NCBI GenBank assembly: GCA_964016885.1
Contig: CAXHJY010001576.1
Location: forward strand, 1 to 64,000
Direction: 5' to 3'
Length of the DNA stretch: 64,000 nt
Source of the DNA: Eledone cirrhosa
Lineage: Eukaryota
Part shown: positions 12,901 to 25,631 of the stretch, piece by piece
Position numbering within the stretch: position 1 is the first letter of the stretch
Layout: every line of letters begins with the position of its first letter
Translations under genes and position numbers: made by a program
Notes under the pieces: model-generated
Seen by the model: only the letters and a program-made list of their open reading frames with translations
What the model was told of the DNA's origin: nothing
The model's database searches: none

Positions 12901-15900
12901 GTAGTTGTAGTTGTTGTTGTTGTTGGTGGTGGTGGTGTGGTGGTGGTAGTAGTTGTAAGGGTAGTGGTTGCAGAGGTGATATCACTGTTGTTGTAATGTT
13001 GTTGTAGCTGTTGTTGTTGTTGGTGGTGGTGGTGTGGTGGTGGTAGTAGTTGTAAGGGTAGTGGTTGCAGAGGTGATATCACTGTTGTTGTAATGTTGTT
13101 GTAGTTGTTGTTGTTGTTGATGGTGGTGGTGTGGTGGTGGTAGTAGTTGTGAGGGTAGTGGTTGCAGAGGTGATATCACTGTTGTTGTAATGTAGTTGTA
13201 GTTGTTGTTGTTGTTGGTGGTGGTGGTGTGGTGGTGGTAGTAGTTGTAAGGGTAGTGGTTGCAGAGGTGATATCACTGTTGTTGTAATGTTGTTGTAGCT
13301 GTTGTTGTTGTTGGTGGTGGTGGTGTGGTGGTGGTAGTAGTTGTAAGGGTAGTGGTTGCAGAGGTGATATCACTGTTGTTGTAATGTTGTTGTAGTTGTT
13401 GTTGTTGTTGATGGTGGTGGTGTGGTGGTGGTAGTAGTTGTAAGGGTAGTGGTTGCAGAGGTGATATCACTGTTGTTGTAATGTTGTTGTAGTTGTTGTT
13501 GTTGTTGGTGGTGGTGGTGTGGTGGTGGTAGTAGTTGTAAGGGTAGTGGTTGCAGAGGTGATATCACTGTTGTTGTAATGTAGTTGTAGTTGTTGTTGTT
13601 GTTGTTGGTGGTGGTGTGGTGGTGGTAGTAGTTGTGAGGGTAGTGGTTGCAGAGGTGATATCACTGTTGTTGTAATGTAGTTGTAGTTGTTGTTGTTGTT
13701 GTTGGTGGTGGTGTGGTGGTGGTAGTAGTTGTAAGGGTAGTGGTTGCAGAGGTGATATCACTGTTGTTGTAATGTAGTTGTAGTTGTTGTTGTTGTTGTT
13801 GGTGGTGGTGTGGTGGTGGTAGTAGTTGTGAGGGTAGTGGTTGCAGAGGTGATATCACTGTTGTTGTAATGTTGTTGTAGCTGTTGTTGTTGTTGGTGGT
13901 GGTGTGGTGGTGGTAGTAGTTGTAAGGGTAGTGGTTGCAGAGGTGATATCACTGTTGTTGTAATGTTGTTGTAGTTGTTGTTGTTGTTGGTGGTGGTGGT
14001 GTGGTGGTGGTAGTAGTTGTAAGGGTAGTGGTTGCAGAGGTGATATCACTGTTGTTGTAATGTTGTTGTAGTTGTTGTTGTTGTTGGTGGTGGTGGTGTG
14101 GTGGTGGTAGTAGTTGTAAGGGTAGTGGTTGCAGAGGTGATATCACTGTTGTTGTAATGTAGTTGTAGTTGTTGTTGTTGTTGTTGGTGGTGGTGTGGTG
14201 GTGGTGGTAGTAGTTGTAATGGTAGTGGTTGCAGAGGTGATATCACTGTTGTTGTAATGTTGTTGTAGTTGTTGTTGTTGTTGGTGGTGGTGTGGTGGTG
14301 GTAGTAGTTGTGAGGGTAGTGGTTGCAGAGGTGATATCACTGTTGTTGTAATGTTGTTGTAGTTGTTGTTGTTGTTGGTGGTGGTGTGGTGGTGGTAGTA
14401 GTTGTAATGGTAGTGGTTGCAGAGGTGATATCACTGTTGTTGTAATGTTGTTGTAGTTGTTGTTGTTGGTGGTGGTGGTGTGGTGGTGGTAGTAGTTGTA
14501 AGGGTAGTGGTTGCAGAGGTGATATCACTGTTGTTGTAATGTAGTTGTAGTTGTTGTTGTTGTTGTTGGTGGTGGTGGTGTGGTGGTGGTAGTAGTTGTG
14601 AGGGTAGTGGTTGCAGAGGTGATATCACTGTTGTTGTAATGTTGTTGTAGTTGTTGTTGTTGTTGGTGGTGGTGTGGTGGTGGTGGTAGTAGTTGTAATG
14701 GTAGTGGTTGCAGAGGTGATATCACTGTTGTTGTAATGTAGTTGTAGTTGTTGTTGTTGTTGTTGGTGGTGGTGGTGTGGTGGTGGTAGTAGTTGTGAGG
14801 GTAGTGGTTGCAGAGGTGATATCACTGTTGTTGTAATGTTGTTGTAGTTGTTGTTGTTGTTGGTGGTGGTGTGGTGGTGGTGGTAGTAGTTGTAATGGTA
14901 GTGGTTGCAGAGGTGATATCACTGTTGTTGTAATGTTGTTGTAGTTGTTGTTGTTGTTGGTGGTGGTGTGGTGGTGGTAGTAGTTGTGAGGGTAGTGGTT
15001 GCAGAGGTGATATCACTGTTGTTGTAATGTTGTTGTAGCTGTTGTTGTTGTTGGTGGTGGTGTGGTGGTGGTAGTAGTTGTAAGGGTAGTGGTTGCAGAG
15101 GTGATATCACTGTTGTTGTAATGTAGTTGTAGTTGTTGTTGTTGTTGTTGGTGGTGGTGGTGTGGTGGTGGTAGTAGTTGTGAGGGTAGTGGTTGCAGAG
15201 GTGATATCACTGTTGTTGTAATGTTGTTGTAGTTGTTGTTGTTGTTGGTGGTGGTGGTGTGGTGGTGGTGGTAGTAGTTGTAATGGTAGTGGTTGCAGAG
15301 GTGATATCACTGTTGTTGTAATGTTGTTGTAGCTGTTGTTGTTGTTGGTGGTGGTGTGGGTGGTGGTAGTAGTTGTAAGGGTAGTGGTTGCAGAGGTGAT
15401 ATCACTGTTGTTGTAATGTTGTTGTAGCTGTTGTTGTTGTTGGTGGTGGTGGTGTGGTGGTGGTAGTAGTTGTAATGGTAGTGGTTGCAGAGGTGATATC
15501 ACTGTTGTTGTAATGTTGTTGTAGTTGTTGTTGTTGTTGGTGGTGGTGTGGTGGTGGTGGTAGTAGTTGTAAGGGTAGTGGTTGCAGAGGTGATATCACT
15601 GTTGTTGTAATGTTGTTGTAGTTGTTGTTGTTGTTGATGGTGGTGGTGGTGTGGTGGTGGTAGTAGTTGTAAGGGTAGTGGTTGCAGAGGTGATATCACT
15701 GTTGTTGTAATGTTGTTGTAGCTGTTGTTGTTGTTGATGGTGGTGGTGTGGTGGTGGTAGTAGTTGTGAGGGTAGTGGTTGCAGAGGTGATATCACTGTT
15801 GTTGTAATGTTGTTGTAGTTGTTGTTGTTGTTGGTGGTGGTGTGGTGGTGGTGGTAGTAGTTGTAAGGGTAGTGGTTGCAGAGGTGATATCACTGTTGTT

Positions 15901-18900
15901 GTAATGTTGTTGTAGTTGTTGTTGTTGTTGGTGGTGGTGTGGTGGTGGTAGTAGTTGTAAGGGTAGTGGTTGCAGAGGTGATATCACTGTTGTTGTAATG
16001 TTGTTGTAGCTGTTGTTGTTGTTGATGGTGGTGGTGTGGTGGTGGTAGTAGTTGTGAGGGTAGTGGTTGCAGAGGTGATATCACTGTTGTTGTAATGTAG
16101 TTGTAGTTGTTGTTGTTGTTGGTGGTGGTGGTGTGGTGGTGGTGGTAGTAGTTGTGAGGGTAGTGGTTGCAGAGGTGATATCACTGTTGTTGTAATGTAG
16201 TTGTAGTTGTTGTTGTTGATGTTGGTGGTGGTGGTGTGGTGGTGGTAGTAGTTGTAATGGTAGTGGTTGCAGAGGTGATATCACTGTTGTTGTAATGTTG
16301 TTGTAGCTGTTGTTGTTGATGTTGGTGGTGGTGTGGTGGTGGTAGTAGTTGTAAGGGTAGTGGTTGCAGAGGTGATATCACTGTTGTTGTAATGTTGTTG
16401 TAGTTGTTGTTGTTGATGTTGGTGGTGGTGGTGTGGTGGTGGTAGTAGTTGTAATGGTAGTGGTTGCAGAGGTGATATCACTGTTGTTGTAATGTTGTTG
16501 TAGCTGTTGTTGTTGATGTTGGTGGTGGTGTGGTGGTGGTAGTAGTTGTAAGGGTAGTGGTTGCAGAGGTGATATCACTGTTGTTGTAATGTTGTTGTAG
16601 CTGTTGTTGTTGTTGGTGGTGGTGGTGTGGTGGTGGTAGTAGTTGTAAGGGTAGTGGTTGCAGAGGTGATATCACTGTTGTTGTAATGTTGTTGTAGTTG
16701 TTGTTGTTGTTGATGGTGGTGGTGTGGTGGTGGTAGTAGTTGTAAGGGTAGTGGTTGCAGAGGTGATATCACTGTTGTTGTAATGTAGTTGTAGTTGTTG
16801 TTGTTGTTGATGGTGGTGGTGTGGTGGTGGTAGTAGTTGTAATGGTAGTGGTTGCAGAGGTGATATCACTGTTGTTGTAATGTTGTTGTAGTTGTTGTTG
16901 TTGTTGGTGGTGGTGGTGTGGTGGTGGTAGTAGTTGTAATGGTAGTGGTTGCAGAGGTGATATCACTGTTGTTGTAATGTTGTTGTAGTTGTTGTTGTTG
17001 TTGTTGTTGTTGGTGTGGTGGTGGTGGTAGTAGTTGTGAGGGTAGTGGTTGCAGAGGTGATATCACTGTTGTTGTAATGTTGTTGTAGTTGTTGTTGTTG
17101 TTGATGGTGGTGGTGTGGTGGTGGTGGTAGTAGTTGTGAGGGTAGTGGTTGCAGAGGTGATATCACTGTTGTTGTAATGTTGTTGTAGTTGTTGTTGTTG
17201 TTGGTGGTGGTGGTGTGGTGGTGGTGGTAGTAGTTGTGAGGGTAGTGGTTGCAGAGGTGATATCACTGTTGTTGTAATGTTGTTGTAGTTGTTGTTGTTG
17301 TTGATGGTGGTGGTGTGGTGGTGGTAGTAGTTGTGAGGGTAGTGGTTGCAGAGGTGATATCACTGTTGTTGTAATGTTGTTGTAGTTGTTGTTGTTGTTG
17401 ATGGTGGTGGTGTGGTGGTGGTAGTAGTTGTGAAGGTAGTGGTTGCAGAGGTGATATCACTGTTGTTGTAATGTAGTTGTAGTTGTTGTTGTTGTTGATG
17501 GTGGTGGTGTGGTGGTGGTAGTAGTTGTAAGGGTAGTGGTTGCAGAGGTGATATCACTGTTGTTGTAATGTTGTTGTAGTTGTTGTTGTTGTTGTTGGTG
17601 GTGTGGTGGTGGTGGTAGTAGTTGTGAGGGTAGTGGTTGCAGAGGTGATATCACTGTTGTTGTAATGTTGTTGTAGTTGTTGTTGTTGTTGTTGGTGGTG
17701 GTGTGGTGGTGGTGGTAGTAGTTGTAATGGTAGTGGTTGCAGAGGTGATATCACTGTTGTTGTAATGTAGTTGTAGTTGTTGTTGTTGTTGATGGTGGTG
17801 GTGTGGTGGTGGTAGTAGTTGTGAGGGTAGTGGTTGCAGAGGTGATATCACTGTTGTTGTAATGTTGTTGTAGTTGTTGTTGTTGTTGATGGTGGTGGTG
17901 TGGTGGTGGTGGTAGTAGTTGTGAGGGTAGTGGTTGCAGAGGTGATATCACTGTTGTTGTAATGTTGTTGTAGCTGTTGTTGTTGTTGGTGGTGGTGGTG
18001 TGGTGGTGGTAGTAGTTGTAAGGGTAGTGGTTGCAGAGGTGATATCACTGTTGTTGTAATGTTGTTGTAGCTGTTGTTGTTGTTGGTGGTGGTGGTGTGG
18101 TGGTGGTAGTAGTTGTGAGGGTAGTGGTTGCAGAGGTGATATCACTGTTGTTGTAATGTAGTTGTTGTTGTTGTTGGTGGTGGTGTGGTGGTGGTGGTAG
18201 TAGTTGTGAGGGTAGTGGTTGCAGAGGTGATATCACTGTTGTTGTAATGTTGTTGTAGTTGTTGTTGTTGTTGGTGGTGGTGGTGTGGTGGTGGTAGTAG
18301 TTGTGAGGGTAGTGGTTGCAGAGGTGATATCACTGTTGTTGTAATGTTGTTGTAGTTGTTGTTGTTGTTGATGGTGGTGGTGTGGTGGTGGTAGTAGTTG
18401 TGAGGGTAGTGGTTGCAGAGGTGATATCACTGTTGTTGTAATGTTGTTGTAGTTGTTGTTGTTGTTGATGGTGGTGGTGTGGTGGTGGTAGTAGTTGTAA
18501 GGGTAGTGGTTGCAGAGGTGATATCACTGTTGTTGTAATGTTGTTGTAGTTGTTGTTGTTGTTGATGGTGGTGGTGTGGTGGTGGTAGTAGTTGTGAGGG
18601 TAGTGGTTGCAGAGGTGATATCACTGTTGTTGTAATGTTGTTGTAGTTGTTGTTGTTGATGGTGGTGGTGGTGTGGTGGTGGTAGTAGTTGTAATGGTAG
18701 TGGTTGCAGAGGTGATATCACTGTTGTTGTAATGTTGTTGTAGTTGTTGTTGTTGATGTTGGTGGTGGTGTGGTGGTGGTAGTAGTTGTGAGGGTAGTGG
18801 TTGCAGAGGTGATATCACTGTTGTTGTAATGTTGTTGTAGCTGTTGTTGTTGTTGTTGGTGGTGGTGTGGTGGTGGTGGTAGTAGTTGTAATGGTAGTGG

Positions 18901-19371
18901 TTGCAGAGGTGATATCACTGTTGTTGTAATGTTGTTGTAGTTGTTGTTGTTGATGTTGGTGGTGGTGTGGTGGTGGTAGTAGTTGTGAGGGTAGTGGTTG
19001 CAGAGGTGATATCACTGTTGTTGTAATGTTGTTGTAGCTGTTGTTGTTGTTGGTGGTGGTGGTGTGGTGGTGGTGGTAGTAGTTGTAATGGTAGTGGTTG
19101 CAGAGGTGATATCACTGTTGTTGTAATGTTGTTGTAGCTGTTGTTGTTGTTGATGGTGGTGGTGTGGTGGTGGTGGTAGTAGTTGTAATGGTAGTGGTTG
19201 CAGAGGTGATATCACTGTTGTTGTAATGTTGTTGTAGTTGTTGTTGTTGATGTTGGTGGTGGTGTGGTGGTGGTAGTAGTTGTAATGGTAGTGGTTGCAG
19301 AGGTGATATCACTGTTGTTGTAATGTTGTTGTAGCTGTTGTTGTTGATGTTGTTGTTGGTGTGGTGGTGGT
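6982..19371. repeat. 12.4-kb tandem satellite, ~127 units of 91-100 bp (mode 97)
   Basis: Invariant core ggtagtggttgcagaggtgatatcactgttgttgtaatgt followed by variable (GTT)n(GGT)n-GT-(GGT)n. Copy number is estimated from length divided by period. Confidence 0.98.
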
Positions 19372-19439
19372 AACATAAAGATGGTGGGTTACATGGAATT
19401 AGTGATGTTTGTCGCAAGAGTGATGGTGGTAATGGTAGT

Positions 19440-20200
19440 TGTAGTTATTGGTGTCGTTGTTATTGGTAGTGGAGGTGGTGGGGGTGGTGATGGTGGTTGT
19501 GGTAGTGGTGGCAGTGGTTTTGGTAGTGGTGGTGGTGGTGGTGGTGGTATTGGTTGTGGTGTTGGTGGTAGTGGTGGTGGTGGTGGTTGTGGTAGAGGTG
19601 GTAGTGGTGGTAGTGGTGGTAGTGATGGTGGTGGTGGTTGTAGTGATTGTGGTGGTGGTGGTGGTTGTAGTGATTGTGGTAGTGGTGGCAGTGGTTTTGG
19701 TAGTGGTGGTGGTGGTGGTGGTATTGGTTGTGGTGTTGGTGGTAGTGGTGGTGGTGGTGGTTGTGGTAGTGGTGGTGGTGGTGGTTGTGGTAGTGGTGGT
19801 AGTGGTGGTAGTGGTGGTAGTGATGGTGGTGGTGGTTGTAGTGATTGTGGTGGTGGTGGTGGTTGTAGTGATTGTGGTAGTGGTGGCAGTGGTTTTGGTA
19901 GTGGTGGTGGTGGTGGTGGTATTGGTTGTGGTGTTGGTGGTAGTGGTGGTGGTGGTGGTTGTGGTAGTGGTGGTGGTGGTGGTTGTGGTAGTGGTGGTAG
20001 TGGTGGTAGTGGTAGTGGTGGTAGTGGTGGTGGTGGTGGTGGTAGTGGTGGTAGTGGTGGCGGTGGTGGTGGTGGTTGTAGTGATTGTGGTGGCGGTGTT
20101 TGTGGTGATGGTGAGGGTTTTAGTGATGGTGGTGGTGGTGGTGGTGGTTGTGGTTGTAGTGATGGTGGTAGTAGTCGTGGTTGTGGTAGTGGTGGTAGTG
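19440..20200. repeat. (GGT)n-derived low-complexity repeat with ~3 higher-order units (177 and 198 bp)
   Basis: ggcagtggttttgg at 19510, 19687 and 19885. Confidence 0.85.
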
Positions 20201-20725
20201 ATTGCAATGGCCGTGGTGTATATGATATCAGAGATAATGGTTGTCGTAGGAGCAATTGTGGGGATGGTAGTTCTTATCGTAAAGTCATTGGTGGTTGTGT
20301 TGGTGTTGGTGGTGCTGGTGAAGTGATGGTAGCGGTGGTGGTATACACGGCCTCAGTGATGATGGTTGTAATAGGGGCGATGTAGGGAAGATAGTTATGG
20401 CTATACAGTCATTAGTTATGTTGTTGTTGTTGTTGTCGCTGCTGGTGGTGGTGGTGGTGGTGGTGGCGGGGTGGTGGTGGTGGTGGTGGTGATGATGGTG
20501 TGGTGGCGGCGGAGTGGTGGCGGGGTGGCGGTGGTGGTGGTGGGGCTGGTGGTGGTGGTGGTGGTGGTGGTGGTGATGATGATGCTGTACATAGTGTTGT
20601 GATAACCAGTATGATGGTAGTCCAAAGGTAATAGTAATTGTTGTGTATGGTAGCATATTTAGTGTCTGTCATGGTGGCAATTGTGGGTAAATGTAGAGTG
20701 ATTGAGGCGGTAATTGTAACGTTAG

Positions 20726-20914
20726 TAATAATTGTTTCTATTTTAGGCACAAGGCCAGCAATAACCCAGTACATTACTGGTACTTTATTTTATCGACCCC
20801 GTAAGGATGAAAGGCAAAGCTAACCTTGGCGGGATTTGAACTCAGACAATAAAGGGCCGTAACTCTATGCGTCAAAGCATGGCGTCCGACCCTCTACCGA
20901 TACTGCCAATCCAC
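20726..20914 (-). mobile_element. tRNA-derived SINE, full length
   Basis: Reverse complement of the family consensus; TSD ttagtaataat (20722-20732 and 20917-20927). Confidence 0.92.
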
Positions 20915-20989
20915 AATTAGTAATAATGTTGGGGAAGTGGGTGACAATGGTGGTAATGATGGTAGTGATAAGAGAGCATGTGGTAGTAA

Positions 20990-21190
20990 TGGTGGTGAGG
21001 GTGGTGGTGAGGGTGGTGGTGAGAGTGGTGGTGAGAGTGGTGGTGAGAGTGGTGGTGAGAGTGGTGGTGAGGGTGGTGGTGAGAGTGGTGGTGAGAGTGG
21101 GTGGTGAGAGTAGTGGTGAGAGTGGGTGGTGAGAGTAGTGGTGAGAGTGGGTGGTGAGAGTAGTGGTGAGAGTGGTGGTGAGAGTAGTGA
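20990..21190. repeat. 12-13-bp minisatellite (gtggtggtgaga)
   Basis: Direct reading. Confidence 0.9.
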
Positions 21191-21342
21191 TATCAGTTTG
21201 GTGCAGTGATTGATGTAGCAGAGGTGGGGACAATGGTGGTGAAGATAACAGCGGCGGTGGTGGATGTAATGACAAAAGTGATACTGGTGGTGATGGTGGT
21301 AGTGGTAATGGTGGTGGTAGTGGTAATGGTGGTGGTAGTGGT

Positions 21343-22195
21343 GAAATAGTACTGTTAGTGTTAGTGGTACTAGTAATGGTAGTGATGGTGGTGGTAAAAT
21401 AGTAGTGTTAGTGGTGGTGGTAATGTTGGCGATGGTGGTGAAATAGTAGTGTTAGTGTTAGTGGTAATAGTAATGGTAGTGATGGTGGTGGTAAAATAGT
21501 AGTGTTAGTGGTGGTGGTAATGTTGGCGATGGTGGTGAAATAGTAGTGTTAGTGTTAGTGGTAATAGTAATGGTAGTGATGGTGGTGGTAAAATAGTAGT
21601 GTTAGTGGTGGTGGTAATGTTGGCGATGGTGGTGAAATAGTAGTGTTAGTGTTAGTGGTAATAGTAATGGTAGTGATGGTGGTGGTAAAATAGTAGTGTT
21701 AGTGGTGGTGGTAATGTTGGCGATGGTGGTGAAATAGTAGTGTTAGTGTTAGTGGTAATAGTAATGGTAGTGATGGTGGTGGTAAAATAGTAGTGTTAGT
21801 GGTGGTGGTAATGTTGGCGATGGTGGTGAAATAGTAGTGTTAGTGTTAGTGGTAATAGTAATGGTAGTGATGGTGGTGGTAAAATAGTAGTGTTAGTGGT
21901 GGTGGTAATGTTGGCGATGGTGGTGAAATAGTAGTGTTAGTGTTAGTGGTAATAGTAATGGTAGTGATGGTGGTGGTAAAATAGTAGTGTTAGTGGTGGT
22001 GGTAATGTTGGCGATGGTGGTGAAATAGTAGTGTTAGTGGTGGTGGTAATGTTGGCGATGGTGGTGAAATAGTAGTGTTAGTGTTAGTGGTAATAGTAAT
22101 GGTAGTGATGGTGGTGGTAAAATAGTAGTGTTAGTGGTGGTGGTAATGTTGGCGATGGTGGTGAAATAGTAGTGTTAGTGTTAGTGGTAATAGTG
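21343..22195. repeat. Second tandem array with exact 97-bp unit (8 full units, one 44-bp half unit, one partial)
   Basis: gaaatagta at 21343, 21440, 21537, 21634, 21731, 21828, 21925, 22022, 22066 and 22163. Confidence 0.96.
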
Positions 22196-22580
22196 ATGGT
22201 GGAGTCGGAGATGAAAGAAGACAGTGGCGGCGGCGAGGGTGGTAGTGGTGGTGGTGGTGGTGGTGGTGGTGGTATTGGTGGTGGTGGTTTTGGTGGAGGC
22301 GATAACGTTATGGAGATGGAATAAGATATTGTTGTTGTTGTCGGTGGTGGTGGTATAATTGTAGTGGTAGTGGTAGTGGTAATAGTGATGGCAGTGACAT
22401 TTTTAGTGTTAGTGGTAGTGGCAATGGTGATGGTGGAGTGGGAGATGAAAAGAAGACATTAGTGGTGGTGGTGGTGGTGGTGGTGGTTTTGGTGGAGGCG
22501 ATAACGTTATGGAGATAGAAAAAGATAGCGTTGTTGTTGTTGTTGTCGGTGGTGGTGGTGGTGGTGGTGGTGGTGGTGTT
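22195..22580. repeat. Diverged direct duplication (~235-bp spacing)
   Basis: gatggtggagt.ggagatgaaa...ggtggaggcgataacgttatggagat occurs twice. Confidence 0.85.
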
Positions 22581-22703
22581 GTAGTGTGGTATGGTGATGT
22601 TGTTCTACTACTGTGAACAATGGAATGTGGTTGATGGACAGCACTCATGGGTTGGAACCTACGCTGTTGGGCATATTTTCACAGATATCGATAATTGTGG
22701 TGG

Positions 22704-22915
<212 letters not shown>

Positions 22916-23169
22916 CCACCACCAACACCACCGCTTCTACCGCAACAAAAACAACAACACCACCACCAACACCACCAATACTACCACCGCCACCGCCACT
23001 AAAATAACGACGACCACCACCGCCACTACTAGTAGTAGTAGTGGTAGTTAACATGCTGGTATTTAGTGTGAGGAAAAGAGAGAGGTGACAGGGTGGTGTG
23101 TATGTAGTCGGGTGGGGAAGGGGTGACTAAAACAACACAGAGTGGAGTGATTGCGTGCGTGTGAATTGA

Positions 23170-23179
23170 AGAGAGAGAC

Positions 23180-23229
<50 letters not shown>

Positions 23230-23403
23230 GGAGAGAGAGAGAGATAGAGGACGGAGAAAGAGAGAGAGAAAGAGCAGGAGAGAGAGAGAGAGACGGACAG
23301 AGAGAGAGAGTGAGAGAGGGAGACAGGGGGTGGGGTGGGGCGGAGAGAGAGAGAGAGAGAGAAACAGAAGGAGAGAGAGAGAGATGGAGAGAGAGAGAGA
23401 GAT

Positions 23404-23439
<36 letters not shown>

Positions 23440-23518
23440 AGAGAACGATAAGTGGCAGGATAAAGAGAGGAGAAAAGTGAAAAAGAAAGGGAGATAGAAT
23501 GCGGTTGAAGGTAGATAG

Positions 23519-23556
<38 letters not shown>

Positions 23557-23603
23557 GGAGGAGGGAGAGAGAGACGGAGAGAGAGAGAGATGGAGAGAGA
23601 GAG

Positions 23604-23645
<42 letters not shown>

Positions 23646-23658
23646 AGAGAGAGAGAAA
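23170..23658. repeat. (GA)n-rich tract
   Basis: Direct reading. Confidence 0.95.
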
Positions 23659-23671
23659 GTCAGAGTTTTTG

Positions 23672-23794
23672 GTGGTTTGGGTTCAATACCACTGTACGGC
23701 ACCTTGCGCAAGTTTTCTTCATCTCTAGCCACTGGTTGACCAGTGGAGTCTTGTGAGTGGAAATCGGTTGGCGGAAACTGCAGAAACCTGGCGT
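23672..23794 (+). mobile_element. Second SINE family fragment (relatives at ~27720-27870 and ~42050-42200, minus strand)
   Basis: gggttcaataccactg..gcaccttgcgcaag...cttgtgagtgg...ggcggaaactg, followed by a microsatellite tail. Confidence 0.65.
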
Positions 23795-24014
23795 ACACAC
23801 ACACACAGAGACGCGCGCGCACACAGACACACACACACACACATACACATACACACACACATATATATATATATACAGACACACACACATATATATATAT
23901 ACAGACACACACACACATATATATATACAGACACACACACATATATATATATACAGACACACACACATATATATATATATACAGACACACACATATATAT
24001 ATATATATATACAG

Positions 24015-24051
<37 letters not shown>

Positions 24052-24077
24052 CAGACACACACACATATATATATATA

Positions 24078-24268
24078 GTCTATAGGACTATCCGGGAGCT
24101 CCAACAGTAATGGTTGCATTCTTTAAGGGTATGTCAACATTTATTTATAAAACTGATCTATATTATATTTTATCTGATGAAAGCACACCATAATTTAACT
24201 TGGTGTCCTTGAAATATGTATAATGAAATAAATATGGTTTTATAAATATAGTTTCCATTTGTTAATAT
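24078..24268 (+). mobile_element. Diverged copy of hammerhead-bearing family E
   Basis: Homologous to 24580-24722. CTGATGA(24174)-aag-c-acacca..tggtgt-c-ctt-GAAA(24211). Confidence 0.65.
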
Positions 24269-24284
24269 ATATATATATATATAT

Positions 24285-24723
24285 GGAAAATTATATTTAA
24301 ATTGTTGGGTTACAACTAGTAAATATTTATAACTGATATAAAAGCACTCAACAAGTATTTGGAGTATATTTACGATATTAAATAAATGGAAACTATATTT
24401 ATAAAACCATATTTATTTCATTATATATATTTCAGGGATATCATATTAACAATATGTTATGCCTTCTTCAGACAAAATACAATATAGACAGTTTTATAAA
24501 TAAATAGATTTGACATACCGTTCAACATCGACTTGTATTTGAAAAATCAACTTTTCAAATACAAGTCGATGTTGAACGGTATGTCAAATCTATTTATTTA
24601 TAAAACTGTCTATATTGTACTTTGTCTGAAGAAGGCATAACACATTGTTAATATGATATCCCTGAAATATATATAATGAAATAAATATGGTTTTATAAAT
24701 ATAGTTTCCATTTATTTAATATC

Positions 24724-24726
<3 letters not shown>
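24285..24726 (-). mobile_element. Family E insert in (TA)n with 175-bp near-perfect fold-back arm
   Basis: 24371-24545 is the reverse complement of 24552-24726 (2 mismatches seen). A CTGAAGA...GAAA core is present on both arms. Confidence 0.85.
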
Positions 24727-24785
<59 letters not shown>

Positions 24786-24788
<3 letters not shown>

Positions 24789-24897
24789 TTTAGCAAATAG
24801 AGAAAAAGTTTTTAAATAAATTTTAAATAAATATATATATATATATATATATTTATTTAAAATTTATTTAAAAACTTTTTCTCTATTTGCTAAACCT
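24786..24897. repeat. 112-bp palindrome centred on (TA)n
   Basis: aggtttagcaaatagagaaaaagtttttaaataaattttaaataaat-(AT)n-exact reverse complement. Confidence 0.92.
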
Positions 24898-24952
24898 TGA
24901 TTATATATATATATAAATGAAAATATAAATGAAAAATAGAGAATTGTAGTGG

Positions 24953-25009
<57 letters not shown>

Positions 25010-25150
25010 TAATATCTAGTAACATATATATACATACAGATGCATATCAATGCAAGCAAATATATAGGTTTTGTCTTAGTAACTTTGTGGTTCAATGCAT
25101 GGGGTTGCAGAACAATAATATGAGAGACGTCTCTCATATTATTTTACGTT

Positions 25151-25216
<66 letters not shown>

Positions 25217-25499
25217 CTACATTAAAATGTTTTTATTTTTACTTTTTGAGAAGCCGCAACAATATATATAATTATAAAAAATAATTGAATAAATCAGGTG
25301 GTGTTTCTCTCTCCCCCTACATTTTAATCTCTGCCTCCCTCCCCCCTTTTCCTCTATAGCTATCTCTGGTTTATTGTTTATGTTACTGTGTCTATATGAT
25401 AGTGTGCATGCAATGGCGTGTGTTTGCATTTGATTGTGTGGATGTGTGTACGAAATTACGCGAGTGATTGTATGTTTGTGCCTGTATGCGCAATATATG

Positions 25500-25555
<56 letters not shown>

Positions 25556-25559
<4 letters not shown>

Positions 25560-25631
25560 AGAGTATTGAAGTTTGCTTGAAGCATTGTGGAATAATAGGT
25601 AAATATCTTTAAGTCGTTTGGAAGCCTCGAC

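Noticed and set aside
6982-19371. CRISPR-like array (constant palindromic core plus variable spacer)
   Set aside because: The spacers are all homologous triplet runs, not unique sequences; there are no cas genes and the context is eukaryotic.
7029-19417. About 125 MISPLQPLP... ORFs as a tandem peptide gene family
   Set aside because: Artefact of the 3n+1 satellite unit: GTG starts, mutually overlapping frames and no promoter or poly(A) structure.
5230-21190. Giant inverted-repeat element enclosing the satellite
   Set aside because: The CA-rich left and GT-rich right blocks are only compositionally complementary, and the right-hand SINE has its own TSD, indicating an independent insertion.
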